From sequence record OR228459.1: DNA of 64,000 bases; one strand, written 5' to 3'. The translations under genes and the position numbers were made by a program. Below the pieces are notes generated by a model. The model had not been told where the DNA came from and did not search any database. It saw nothing but the letters and a program-made list of their open reading frames with translations. How positions within the stretch are numbered: position 1 is the stretch's first letter; each line of letters opens with the position of its first letter. Shown here piece after piece: positions 16,233 to 25,151 of the stretch.

Positions 16233-16823
16233 ATGTACGTCACTAAAGCAGCAAAGAAACACTTAAAAGAACTTGACAAGTTACCAACTAATAAACAAAT
16301 GTTAAAGTACTGTCGAGAAAATTTAACACGTTTGGGTAAGGGATCAAGTCGTGAAGTTTTTGCATTATCTGATACATTAGTAATCAAGATCGCTTTAGGT
16401 GGTGTAGGTGTAAAACAGAATGAAAATGAGATTCGTATCTGGAATCTAGTTAGTTATTCATTTACTGGATTTAAGAGATCATTCGCTAAAGTACTGGTAA
16501 ATTCATGCCACTGGAAAGAATTCTATATCGTCATGGAGCGTTTAAATACACAAACCGTGTCGCGGTCAATCTTTAATACAAGTACTGTTAGAGCGTGGCG
16601 TATGGATCGTACCGCAATGCATCCAATTGCTAAACGTATATTCAAAGATGTACAAGCCACTGATGATAATGCTTTTACTAATAACATAGCAGATATAACT
16701 CCACGAAATATGGGAACATCAAAAACAGGTGTTGTCAAGATGTTGGATTATGGTTTTAGTACTCCTATATGGAATGGACTCGCTAACGGTACATTAAAGA
16801 ATAGAGAATTACTTATAAAATAG
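16233..16823 (+). CDS. Ser/Thr protein kinase-like protein
   Basis: LGKGSSREV, VIK, NENE, VMERL, DITPRN, DYG kinase motifs. Confidence 0.8.
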   Translation: MYVTKAAKKHLKELDKLPTNKQMLKYCRENLTRLGKGSSREVFALSDTLVIKIALGGVGVKQNENEIRIWNLVSYSFTGFKRSFAKVLVNSCHWKEFYIVMERLNTQTVSRSIFNTSTVRAWRMDRTAMHPIAKRIFKDVQATDDNAFTNNIADITPRNMGTSKTGVVKMLDYGFSTPIWNGLANGTLKNRELLIK

Positions 16824-16885
16824 TGCTTGACTACTTTATGCTGGTGGGATATACTTATCCCATCAACAACAAAGAGGAATACAAA

Positions 16886-17131
16886 ATGTTTAAAGTACGT
16901 AAATGGTCTGACTCTAACTCCCGCCCATATGATGTTGTTTATGTAGATGATATTCGAAACAATATCCACTATCAACCCGGCGTAGAATTTAGTACGATTG
17001 AAGGTGCTTATAAACATAAAGAAGTACTAATCAAAAGTACTGATGAAGATAGTATAGAATTTATCCGTAATCATTGGCCCACTGATGGTGCCGCTGATGA
17101 GGATAATTCAGAAGAACCAAAAATAGATTAA
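16886..17131 (+). CDS. Hypothetical protein
   Basis: Start after GAGG RBS. Confidence 0.75.
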   Translation: MFKVRKWSDSNSRPYDVVYVDDIRNNIHYQPGVEFSTIEGAYKHKEVLIKSTDEDSIEFIRNHWPTDGAADEDNSEEPKID

Positions 17132-17175
17132 TAAAAAGAGGTTGACTTCGGTCAGCCTTTTTTGTATTATATATA

Positions 17176-17225
17176 TCAAGAAAACAGCTAACCCACAGGG
17201 TGCATAAATCCGTCTTTCAAATGTA
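17176..17225 (+). ncRNA. Putative small RNA family copy 9
   Basis: TTGACT(17142)-17-TATTAT(17165); core TAACCCACAGGGTGC at 17189-17203; ends approximate. Confidence 0.5.
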
Positions 17226-17363
17226 TATTTTTTCATCGAAGTACTAAAACGAATACGAAACAAATAAATTTCAAAAAGTACTTGACCACTATTACCGATT
17301 GTCGTATAATGTTTTACATCGAGAGGGGAAATGGTTCTACTCTCTAACTTAAGGAATTAAATC

Positions 17364-17885
17364 ATGATTACTACTCCAGTACGCGATATGTTTAACGTTA
17401 ACCCCAACACTGGTATTGCTTATGGATACATCAACGCGAACAACGTAAACAGTGAAGTACTGAATGAAATTTTCTGCAATGGTATTGATGTAGCTCGACT
17501 TGAAGCAGATATTGACTTCGCCAAACGTTATGATTTCGTAGTACCTGATCAAAAGGAATCAGAAGATTATACTGCTTATCTTGAGCGTGTACAATCCGAT
17601 ATGCTTGACTTCCTTAACAATCTGGGCGATGATGTGATGGAAGAAGTGGAAGCACATGATCGCGAATATGAAGAGTTTACAGGTCATGTACACGCCGCCA
17701 CAGTAGATAAGACTACAGTACTTTATAACACTGATAACAATACTATCTGTGTTATGGATGGCATCAATGTTGGTTTTTTCTATGCTTGCTCTCCATGCTG
17801 CCCGAATGCTGGTGATCTTGATAGTGCTGGTGGAAGTGTAGAAACTTACGATGTACCTGTAAGCTGGCGTGAACTGGATTACTAA
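17364..17885 (+). CDS. Acidic conserved phage hypothetical protein (NTGIAYGYI; ACSPCCP)
   Basis: ORF after cassette. Confidence 0.8.
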   Translation: MITTPVRDMFNVNPNTGIAYGYINANNVNSEVLNEIFCNGIDVARLEADIDFAKRYDFVVPDQKESEDYTAYLERVQSDMLDFLNNLGDDVMEEVEAHDREYEEFTGHVHAATVDKTTVLYNTDNNTICVMDGINVGFFYACSPCCPNAGDLDSAGGSVETYDVPVSWRELDY

Positions 17886-17944
17886 TTGACAACAACAAAG
17901 GGATAGTATATACTATCCCTAACTTAAGAAAAGAGGAAATCAAA

Positions 17945-18124
17945 ATGGTTCACGTTGATCTTGAAGTACTGAAAAAAGTATGGTACGACATTGGCTATAA
18001 AAATATTAGCTGGACGGATAACCAGTACATCGAGCTTAAGGCACTGGATAACTGGCAGCGTAATGAAGTACTGAAAGCACACAAAAAAGGTGTAGATGAT
18101 CGCTTTAACTTTCCTGTACTTTAA
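17945..18124 (+). CDS. Hypothetical protein (59 aa)
   Basis: Read by hand; GAGG RBS, promoter. Confidence 0.75.
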   Translation: MVHVDLEVLKKVWYDIGYKNISWTDNQYIELKALDNWQRNEVLKAHKKGVDDRFNFPVL

Positions 18125-18216
18125 TAGAAAAAAGTACTTGCATAGTATTCTGATTACTGTATAATGTTTTTCATAGAGAGGGGAATGGTTCTTCTCTCTA
18201 AATTAAGGAAAACATT

Positions 18217-18399
18217 ATGACTAACAAATATCGTACTCAGTTCTTCATGGTTGATGGTGCTCGATTAACTGCTGCTGACGTACACGAGTACTACGGAGTG
18301 AGCATTGATGATCTTCTGGTGATGCATGAAGATGAAACACAATTCTTCCATGCTCATGGGTACGAGGTTAAAGTAACACGCTGCCCAGCATACAATTAA
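18217..18399 (+). CDS. Hypothetical protein
   Basis: ORF after cassette. Confidence 0.75.
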   Translation: MTNKYRTQFFMVDGARLTAADVHEYYGVSIDDLLVMHEDETQFFHAHGYEVKVTRCPAYN

Positions 18400-18444
18400 T
18401 CATTTGGGGAGAGAGGTAATACTCTCCCATATTAAGGAACGTCC

Positions 18445-18711
18445 ATGAAACTGATTAACACACTAACGCGATTGTTTGGCACTGATAATGTTGACGATTG
18501 GAACGATGTTAACGATGAAGATAATGTGATTGATTACATCGTTATCTACCACAACAATGATGGTGATAATGAGTGTGAGCCTGATTACTTCCTACGCCAC
18601 TACGACAACGGATCATACCAGCTTAATGATCTCAGTGGCAACGTAATTCACACTGGTAATGATCTGGCAGTACTAAAGAAAGTACTAAAGAATTTACCAA
18701 AAAGTAATTGA
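18445..18711 (+). CDS. Asp/Asn-rich hypothetical protein
   Basis: TAAGGA RBS. Confidence 0.75.
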   Translation: MKLINTLTRLFGTDNVDDWNDVNDEDNVIDYIVIYHNNDGDNECEPDYFLRHYDNGSYQLNDLSGNVIHTGNDLAVLKKVLKNLPKSN

Positions 18712-18741
18712 CTATAATCTGCTGGTGGAGTATTATATATC

Positions 18742-18800
18742 CATTGGCAGATAAGCCACTAACCCACGGGGTGCATAGATCCATCTATTGGATTTAAGTA
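18742..18800 (+). ncRNA. Putative small RNA family copy 10
   Basis: TTGACT(18708)-17-TATTAT(18731), Chi in spacer; core TAACCCACGGGGTGC at 18760-18774; ends approximate. Confidence 0.5.
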
Positions 18801-18918
18801 CTAAAACCTTTTAAAAAAAGAATAAAGAAAGTACTTGCATTACTATCTCAGTACTGTATAATGTTTTACATCGAGAGGGGGAAATGGTTCTCCCTCCTAA
18901 TCCAAAAGGATACGCACT

Positions 18919-19320
18919 ATGTTCACATTAAACCATTTCTCCGATGTTGTTGCTGTTGCTAAAACCTTCGGCGTTGATGCACTTCGATACGCGATGGATA
19001 ACAGCACCGTATCCGTTGGTGCATGTCACACTATCCGTGACTGCATGAAGTGGGCTGCTAACAAAGTTGTTAGTATTGATAACTTCAACGATGGTAACAA
19101 TGAGTATAGCATTGATGCTGTATTCTCTACCGAGAACGTAGCTGGTCTGTACATCACTGGCCTCGATGATATTCGTATCTCTCGTACTGGTTTCGGTTCC
19201 TTCTACGGCGATGCACGTGAAGCAATGGAGAAGGGTATTATCAATGCCGAGCAGTTAGGCAAAGTACTAAAAGAGATTGCATTACGCAATGAAGCAGCTA
19301 AAGCCTTTGGTTTGCTGTAA
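18919..19320 (+). CDS. Hypothetical protein
   Basis: ORF after cassette. Confidence 0.8.
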   Translation: MFTLNHFSDVVAVAKTFGVDALRYAMDNSTVSVGACHTIRDCMKWAANKVVSIDNFNDGNNEYSIDAVFSTENVAGLYITGLDDIRISRTGFGSFYGDAREAMEKGIINAEQLGKVLKEIALRNEAAKAFGLL

Positions 19321-19384
19321 TACATAACACACTATACAAGGCCACTGGTTAACGCTGGTGGCCTTTTACTATGGAGGTAATATC

Positions 19385-19591
19385 ATGACAACATATAGGG
19401 TAGAGGGTTGCTTAGGCGTGACTATAGGCAGCGTGAGCACCATAGATGATGCAACGGCTTTAGTACTAAAGCAAATACCTATCAGTGCTAAGACTACAGC
19501 ACAGTTAGCGGGTAAGCTATCCCGTAAGGCAGTAGGTGGGAAGGTATACGTAGACTATGGCGGTACTGGCTGTACTGTATTTGTGGAATAA
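19385..19591 (+). CDS. Hypothetical protein
   Basis: GGAGG RBS. Confidence 0.75.
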   Translation: MTTYRVEGCLGVTIGSVSTIDDATALVLKQIPISAKTTAQLAGKLSRKAVGGKVYVDYGGTGCTVFVE

Positions 19592-19821
19592 GGAATTTTT
19601 ACCTAAGTCAGATTTTATCTAACTCATTTTTAAAATAAGTCAAGAAAAAAATGAGTAAGGTATTGGTTGACTTTTCTATAAAAAATATTGATTGGACTAT
19701 GAAAAATTTTTACCTTAGTGAAGGCCAGTCATGCCTTAGCCACCCGTAAAACTGATATGTGTATTTGACATATCGGTTTTTTTCTGCTATACTGTTTTTT
19801 ATTAATTGTATTGGGGGAAGC

Positions 19822-20307
19822 ATGTCTTTATCTAAAGATATTGAATTCGCGTATCAGGTTCTGCGTATTCGTAATGAAATGATTAGCGATGAAATCTGCA
19901 ATAAACTTCCGGTGGGATGGACGTTCGGGGCAAACTTTCAAATTAAATCTTATTTCTATAGATTTAAAAATTATCGTGGTCATAGACTTTTCGGGGATGT
20001 TAATTCTCTTCATTATAACATTGATTCACAAACTTCTTTCATAAGCAATATGTCATTTTTGTATATAGCCGATAGCAATGTTGTTTCGTTTGCATATAAA
20101 GAGAAAGATATTCCCATCGTGGAATTTACTGAAGAATTATACTTTCAATATAGTTTGTTGTACTCAGATAAAGAACTTCGCTGGTTAGTTGTTGCAAGCA
20201 TACTTTATAATAATCCAATTAAAAATTGTAAGCGTTTTAAGATTCGTTTAGATTATATTCAAATATTAACAAAACTTTTGAGGTATTCAGACTATGGCAT
20301 CATATGA
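19822..20307 (+). CDS. FQxS-motif paralog family protein
   Basis: TEELYFQYSLLY. Confidence 0.75.
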   Translation: MSLSKDIEFAYQVLRIRNEMISDEICNKLPVGWTFGANFQIKSYFYRFKNYRGHRLFGDVNSLHYNIDSQTSFISNMSFLYIADSNVVSFAYKEKDIPIVEFTEELYFQYSLLYSDKELRWLVVASILYNNPIKNCKRFKIRLDYIQILTKLLRYSDYGII

Positions 20308-20857
20308 TGATGATTTACAATATGCAAAAGATATACTTCGCATTCGTCAAGCACTTTATGACGGGACTCTTGTTTCTGGGGAATCATCAATTATTACTTC
20401 TTCCCAAACGGTGACGATGCACGATATAACTTACGAAATAGATACAATAACTCAACAAAAACTCGCGAACCATAATGGATTTAACTATTATATTCATCTT
20501 GCGAAACATAAAGAGGATCGTCATCGCCATGTTTTTGGACACATTCGCGAAGAAACAACAGATGCCGCAAGCGTTCTTACTTCTAAGTCTATACGGTTGA
20601 TTACTTCTAAACCACAGATGTTACTAGGTGATGTAATGAGTGCGTTGCTTGGAAAAGGTGTAGAGATGGACTTATCCGAAGATTACACGGAAGAAAGACA
20701 CTTTCAAGACAGCTTGTTGTACTCAATCGAACAAGTTAAAGGTATCGTGGTTGCTCATTACTTATACAAACACCCACTACCAGAATACAATTGCTTTAAG
20801 ATTTTCTTCCATCATATTCCAACTATCTTGAAGATACTTGACGAAAAGGAAAAATAA
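20294..20857 (+). CDS. FQxS-motif paralog family protein
   Basis: TEERHFQDSLLY. Confidence 0.75.
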   Translation: MASYDDDLQYAKDILRIRQALYDGTLVSGESSIITSSQTVTMHDITYEIDTITQQKLANHNGFNYYIHLAKHKEDRHRHVFGHIREETTDAASVLTSKSIRLITSKPQMLLGDVMSALLGKGVEMDLSEDYTEERHFQDSLLYSIEQVKGIVVAHYLYKHPLPEYNCFKIFFHHIPTILKILDEKEK

Positions 20858-20860
20858 TAA

Positions 20861-21394
20861 ATGAACGATTTCAAAAAACTTGCACATGATATTGTTGAAA
20901 CTGTGTTGTACTTACGTGAATGTCACAAAAATCGCGTTGTTAATTTTGTGACTATTGATTCCATGTGTTATCTCATTGAGCGGCAGATATCACCACATAG
21001 GCGTGGGATGGTATTTGCAGCAGATGATGGCATGGAAATCTATTTCGACTTCGAGCCAGCAGGTGAGATTGATTTACCATCTAAACCATATGAAGAACAA
21101 CATTCAAGTAGATTCTTTACTGAACATGGGTTCCTATATTATCACCCATCATTACCGTACTTTAATGCAGTTCCTTCACTAGAAGATGAAACTAAAAATT
21201 TAGTTGTTCCCTTGCCTTCACGGTTACTAAACGAAGATGAAATTTTTCAATATATGACAATACTCTCCCCAGATGAAATCTTTGCATTACAATTAACTAA
21301 CTATATGAAACACATTACCGCCCCCGCAGTTGGGATTACTTTTAGGAACCTAAATGAGAGTCGGAGAATGATGAACTTTAAAAAGGTATTATAA
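20861..21394 (+). CDS. FQxS-motif paralog family protein
   Basis: NEDEIFQYMTIL. Confidence 0.75.
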   Translation: MNDFKKLAHDIVETVLYLRECHKNRVVNFVTIDSMCYLIERQISPHRRGMVFAADDGMEIYFDFEPAGEIDLPSKPYEEQHSSRFFTEHGFLYYHPSLPYFNAVPSLEDETKNLVVPLPSRLLNEDEIFQYMTILSPDEIFALQLTNYMKHITAPAVGITFRNLNESRRMMNFKKVL

Positions 21395-21991
21395 ATGTTT
21401 GATATGAAAAATGAAACTAATATGGTTGAAGGATGTAAACAGATTGAACGCATCTTGAAATTCATGTTGACTTTCGATAATGCTGTATATAATCTAGAAT
21501 TTATCGGCACTGATGGTTCTGGTATGAAATATAAAATCAATGATGACTTTATTATTTGGAATAGTTTAAATGAAGTTAACATACTCTATAATGATAATAA
21601 AGATGATACATATGGTGGTGGATTTTGCTACAGTATTCGTTCATTTAAGAAAGATGATATCACATCAATGCGTTCATTTTACAATGACGATTATTATGTA
21701 GAATTCATATACTTCAATTCGGAATATAACGGAGAAATAGAAATTCAAATTGAAGGTAAGGATGAAATCGTGTTTTCATACCCAGAATACGATTTAGAAA
21801 CTGATGACGGAGCATTCCAATACTCCTGTTTGTACTCTAATGATATAGTGAACATCCAAACTATCAATCAATATTTCTATAAACGTAAAGCGAAACCTTT
21901 TAGTGTTTGGCTCTCATTACCTATCACTAAACTATATAGGATACTAGATGAACAATTTAACATTTCCAGAGAAGATAGTACTACTAATTGA
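21395..21991 (+). CDS. FQxS-motif paralog family protein
   Basis: TDDGAFQYSCLY. Confidence 0.75.
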   Translation: MFDMKNETNMVEGCKQIERILKFMLTFDNAVYNLEFIGTDGSGMKYKINDDFIIWNSLNEVNILYNDNKDDTYGGGFCYSIRSFKKDDITSMRSFYNDDYYVEFIYFNSEYNGEIEIQIEGKDEIVFSYPEYDLETDDGAFQYSCLYSNDIVNIQTINQYFYKRKAKPFSVWLSLPITKLYRILDEQFNISREDSTTN

Positions 21992-22469
21992 GTACTTCTA
22001 CAATGATCCAGAAAAATTAGCTCATTCTCTAGGGACTAAAGTATATTCACACTTAAATCAAGATCAAGATTCAGCATATGACCAGACTGAAAGGGAATTC
22101 TATGAGATATGCCAAAACGGTACTTACCTTCTTATAGCTGGAGAGTATAATAACGCATGGGTTAATGAAAGATACATTGATGATGGTAACTACCCATGTG
22201 ATTTAGTATTCTATGCACCAAACCCAGACAATGGTACTAGTAATATTCTATATATGACAAATCATAAATTGGGTCTTGTCCAAGAAGAGTTCGGTACTAA
22301 AAACATGGATATCTATACTGAAGAGAAGTTATTTCAGTACAGTACAATATACCCAGAGTTCGTTACAGAATCATTGGAATGGTGGAAGGTATTTGTAAAA
22401 TCTAAAATACCCTTCAGGATAAATTTAACGTTACTAGACATAGATAAATCCCTAGAGGTGTACTTATGA
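21948..22469 (+). CDS. FQxS-motif paralog family protein
   Basis: TEEKLFQYSTIY. Confidence 0.75.
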   Translation: MNNLTFPEKIVLLIEYFYNDPEKLAHSLGTKVYSHLNQDQDSAYDQTEREFYEICQNGTYLLIAGEYNNAWVNERYIDDGNYPCDLVFYAPNPDNGTSNILYMTNHKLGLVQEEFGTKNMDIYTEEKLFQYSTIYPEFVTESLEWWKVFVKSKIPFRINLTLLDIDKSLEVYL

Positions 22470-23005
22470 CGTATACTTACGAATATACAATGAACTATAC
22501 TGAATCTTTATTTGAATTAGCTGAGTACTTAATGATGCTATCTAAAAGATCAGGAATGATTAGTTTATCACAAGTGAGAAGAAAATCTACGGCAGTGTTG
22601 CATATAGAAAGAAATGTATTTGATTATGGTGATATTGAGACACGCTTTTGGTATCATGGTCAAGAGATACTAAATGATTTTACAATGGCTAAGTCTAATG
22701 AAAATTCTTTTACTGTATATTACTCACAAAATAACGTTTCGTATTGTAGTACATTAGTGGATGATACAATGGAATTCAGTGATGCTAACACAGTACAAGA
22801 TACTCGTATCAATATTCTCAGTACTGGAGAACTAACAGAAGAAATGTATGAACAATTACAATTTATTCATAAACCAGAACTTGTTCATTCATTATTTGTG
22901 ATATCTAAGATGCATAATGATTGTAAGATGCTTGCATACTCACAAAATGAAGAGAGTGGTTCTCCTTCTGAGATATTAGAAGCACTAAGGAAGATATATG
23001 ATTAA
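22466..23005 (+). CDS. FQxS-motif family protein (variant)
   Basis: TEEMYEQLQFIH. Confidence 0.65.
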   Translation: MTYTYEYTMNYTESLFELAEYLMMLSKRSGMISLSQVRRKSTAVLHIERNVFDYGDIETRFWYHGQEILNDFTMAKSNENSFTVYYSQNNVSYCSTLVDDTMEFSDANTVQDTRINILSTGELTEEMYEQLQFIHKPELVHSLFVISKMHNDCKMLAYSQNEESGSPSEILEALRKIYD

Positions 23006-23501
23006 AGAGAATGAGTTTGAAGAAGCGTATTCAGTACTGTTATCTATCTTTGAGATTACTGATAGAGTGCAGAAATGTAGATACAGACATAAGATGCCTA
23101 GATGTTTTGCATTTGAGAGTGCATGGAGTTTATTATATGTTACTTCTGGCAATGAAGAAAATAGAGTGAAGTTGCGTTCTTTGACTAACAAGTATTCATT
23201 TATTATGTATGAAGGACACCGCAAAGCAAATGTCTCTTTGAAATTCTGTTATGACAATGGAAATAGTATTCGTATTGGTCATGAGTACTTTGAGCTATCA
23301 GACTTCACAGAGGAAGCAATATTTCAGTACAGTACAATGTGGGATGCTGAAATGATAACCGATTTGTACTTTTACTTATTTTTGAAGTCAAAGGGTTTAA
23401 AGCAGAATTTTAGTTTAAGAGAGGGTGCATACAGTCTTTCAGGATTAAAAGAAATATTAGAACATATTCAAGAGTGTGAGGCTCATATAATTTATGATTG
23501 A
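22998..23501 (+). CDS. FQxS-motif paralog family protein
   Basis: TEEAIFQYSTMW. Confidence 0.75.
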   Translation: MIKENEFEEAYSVLLSIFEITDRVQKCRYRHKMPRCFAFESAWSLLYVTSGNEENRVKLRSLTNKYSFIMYEGHRKANVSLKFCYDNGNSIRIGHEYFELSDFTEEAIFQYSTMWDAEMITDLYFYLFLKSKGLKQNFSLREGAYSLSGLKEILEHIQECEAHIIYD

Positions 23502-24018
23502 AGAAAAACATTACGAATACGCAAGGTCATTGATTTGGATAGAGAAACTATTTCAAGAGTTACAAACGAAGATGCCCGGTAAATTCTTGAAGTACTCACC
23601 TTTGATGTTCTCATTAGAACTCGATAAGACGGATTGTATATGGTATAACGATACCCCTGTTATCGATTTTAAGGTTGCTTGGGGAGAAGATTCTTTTAAT
23701 ACAAATTATTTGTGGGCCGCTGAGAACGACAGTCGCGAGCGTAGTATAATTATTATTGCACCGAATACAAAGGTATACATGGCGAATGTCGATAGAAATA
23801 CAAATGGCACGGAGTACATTTTAGATTTCGATGATAGTGAATCCTTTGTATTTCAGATGCAGTTAGTACAGAAAAGTATGTGGGATGAATTTTGTATATT
23901 ATACGCATTGCATGAATTAGGATTTAGTCGTCCTGCATTTATACACGTTTGGAGTCAGCAAGTATTAGATATCATCATTAACAAAATGGAGGATATTATT
24001 AGATATGACGTTATCTGA
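23494..24018 (+). CDS. FQxS-motif paralog family protein
   Basis: SESFVFQMQLVQ. Confidence 0.7.
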   Translation: MIEEKHYEYARSLIWIEKLFQELQTKMPGKFLKYSPLMFSLELDKTDCIWYNDTPVIDFKVAWGEDSFNTNYLWAAENDSRERSIIIIAPNTKVYMANVDRNTNGTEYILDFDDSESFVFQMQLVQKSMWDEFCILYALHELGFSRPAFIHVWSQQVLDIIINKMEDIIRYDVI

Positions 24019-24565
24019 ACAATACGACAATCGTAGGGTATATGATTATTGTACTATGATGATGGAAATAATTTCGAATCTTATTACGTGCTCATTGATG
24101 GATACCGAAAAAATGAGGTTCACCCGTTACCCATCAGGTCGAGTATATTACAAGAATAAAATACGGAACGCAGAAAACAAGTTATTCAATTTTGGTACAG
24201 TTCTAGAAGGTTCGTATCCAGAATATAGAAGTCAAGTTTCGATGAGTAAAGACCCGGATAATCATTATTTTAAAATAGAATATTTTGATAATAATGTAAC
24301 GACCTTACCAGTACAAGTAGAGGTGGACGGAATATATCAAGATATACAAATGTACACACCAGAAGAATTAGTTAATGATGCTTATATGTTTCAGCAGTCA
24401 TTAGTGCTTGACGAACCGATGCTGTTTGGGTTATTATGTTTATCAATTTTGCGGTTCATTGGTGTACGTAATATGCACATTATATGTGAATTTACAGTAC
24501 AAGATATGACCGCAGTATATGAGGATTATTTAAATGCCAAACGAAAGTGTGTTAACATACAATGA
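24005..24565 (+). CDS. FQxS-motif paralog family protein
   Basis: NDAYMFQQSLVL. Confidence 0.75.
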   Translation: MTLSEQYDNRRVYDYCTMMMEIISNLITCSLMDTEKMRFTRYPSGRVYYKNKIRNAENKLFNFGTVLEGSYPEYRSQVSMSKDPDNHYFKIEYFDNNVTTLPVQVEVDGIYQDIQMYTPEELVNDAYMFQQSLVLDEPMLFGLLCLSILRFIGVRNMHIICEFTVQDMTAVYEDYLNAKRKCVNIQ

Positions 24566-25151
24566 GATACAAGAGTGTGCTGATTACATTGAAGAATCTT
24601 TGGGATTAATCAAAGACACCCATAATAAGATATTAGAAAGAAGTACAGAACCTATGGTATTACGAGTACCAGCATGGGATTTTGACAGTGAAGCCATTTT
24701 GAGTTTCAATTATGATACGATTGATAGTTGGCAAGGGGAGTATGGTAGATTTCACATTTCATTAGAGCAATTACAAAAAACTATTATTAGATTTAAATGG
24801 GATTTTAAACCTTTCCATACACATAATGTAGTAATAGTAACAAAGGATAATTTGAATACAAATATGTCTCTTAATACAATGCATAAAGATATCACATTCA
24901 AGCGTTGGCTTGGTGGTGATGTTTTTTGTACATATGAAATGCTTGATATAACGAAAGAAGAGACGGAAGGATTTTTATTCCAAGAGAGTTTAGTACAAGA
25001 ACCTATTATCATCAATACATTAATGTTCATGTACGAGTGGCACAGGCGTAAGGGTATTAATATGCAATTACGTTTCAGTACAGATCCGTTGAAGGAATGT
25101 AAGGGTATATTAAACATTGTTAAATTAGCGAGAGAGATGCATGGATATTAG
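24534..25151 (+). CDS. FQxS-motif paralog family protein
   Basis: TEGFLFQESLVQ. Confidence 0.75.
   Translation: MPNESVLTYNEIQECADYIEESLGLIKDTHNKILERSTEPMVLRVPAWDFDSEAILSFNYDTIDSWQGEYGRFHISLEQLQKTIIRFKWDFKPFHTHNVVIVTKDNLNTNMSLNTMHKDITFKRWLGGDVFCTYEMLDITKEETEGFLFQESLVQEPIIINTLMFMYEWHRRKGINMQLRFSTDPLKECKGILNIVKLAREMHGY

Noticed and set aside
980-18800. Small-RNA core as a CsrA sponge, CRISPR-repeat mimic or tRNA anticodon mimic
   Set aside because: It has GGG rather than the essential GGA, does not match the I-E or I-F repeats as I recall them, and lacks a 7-nt loop with U33.
2758-18915. Repeated cassettes as a CRISPR array
   Set aside because: Repeats are separated by whole genes of variable length, contain promoters and RBSs, and no cas genes are present.
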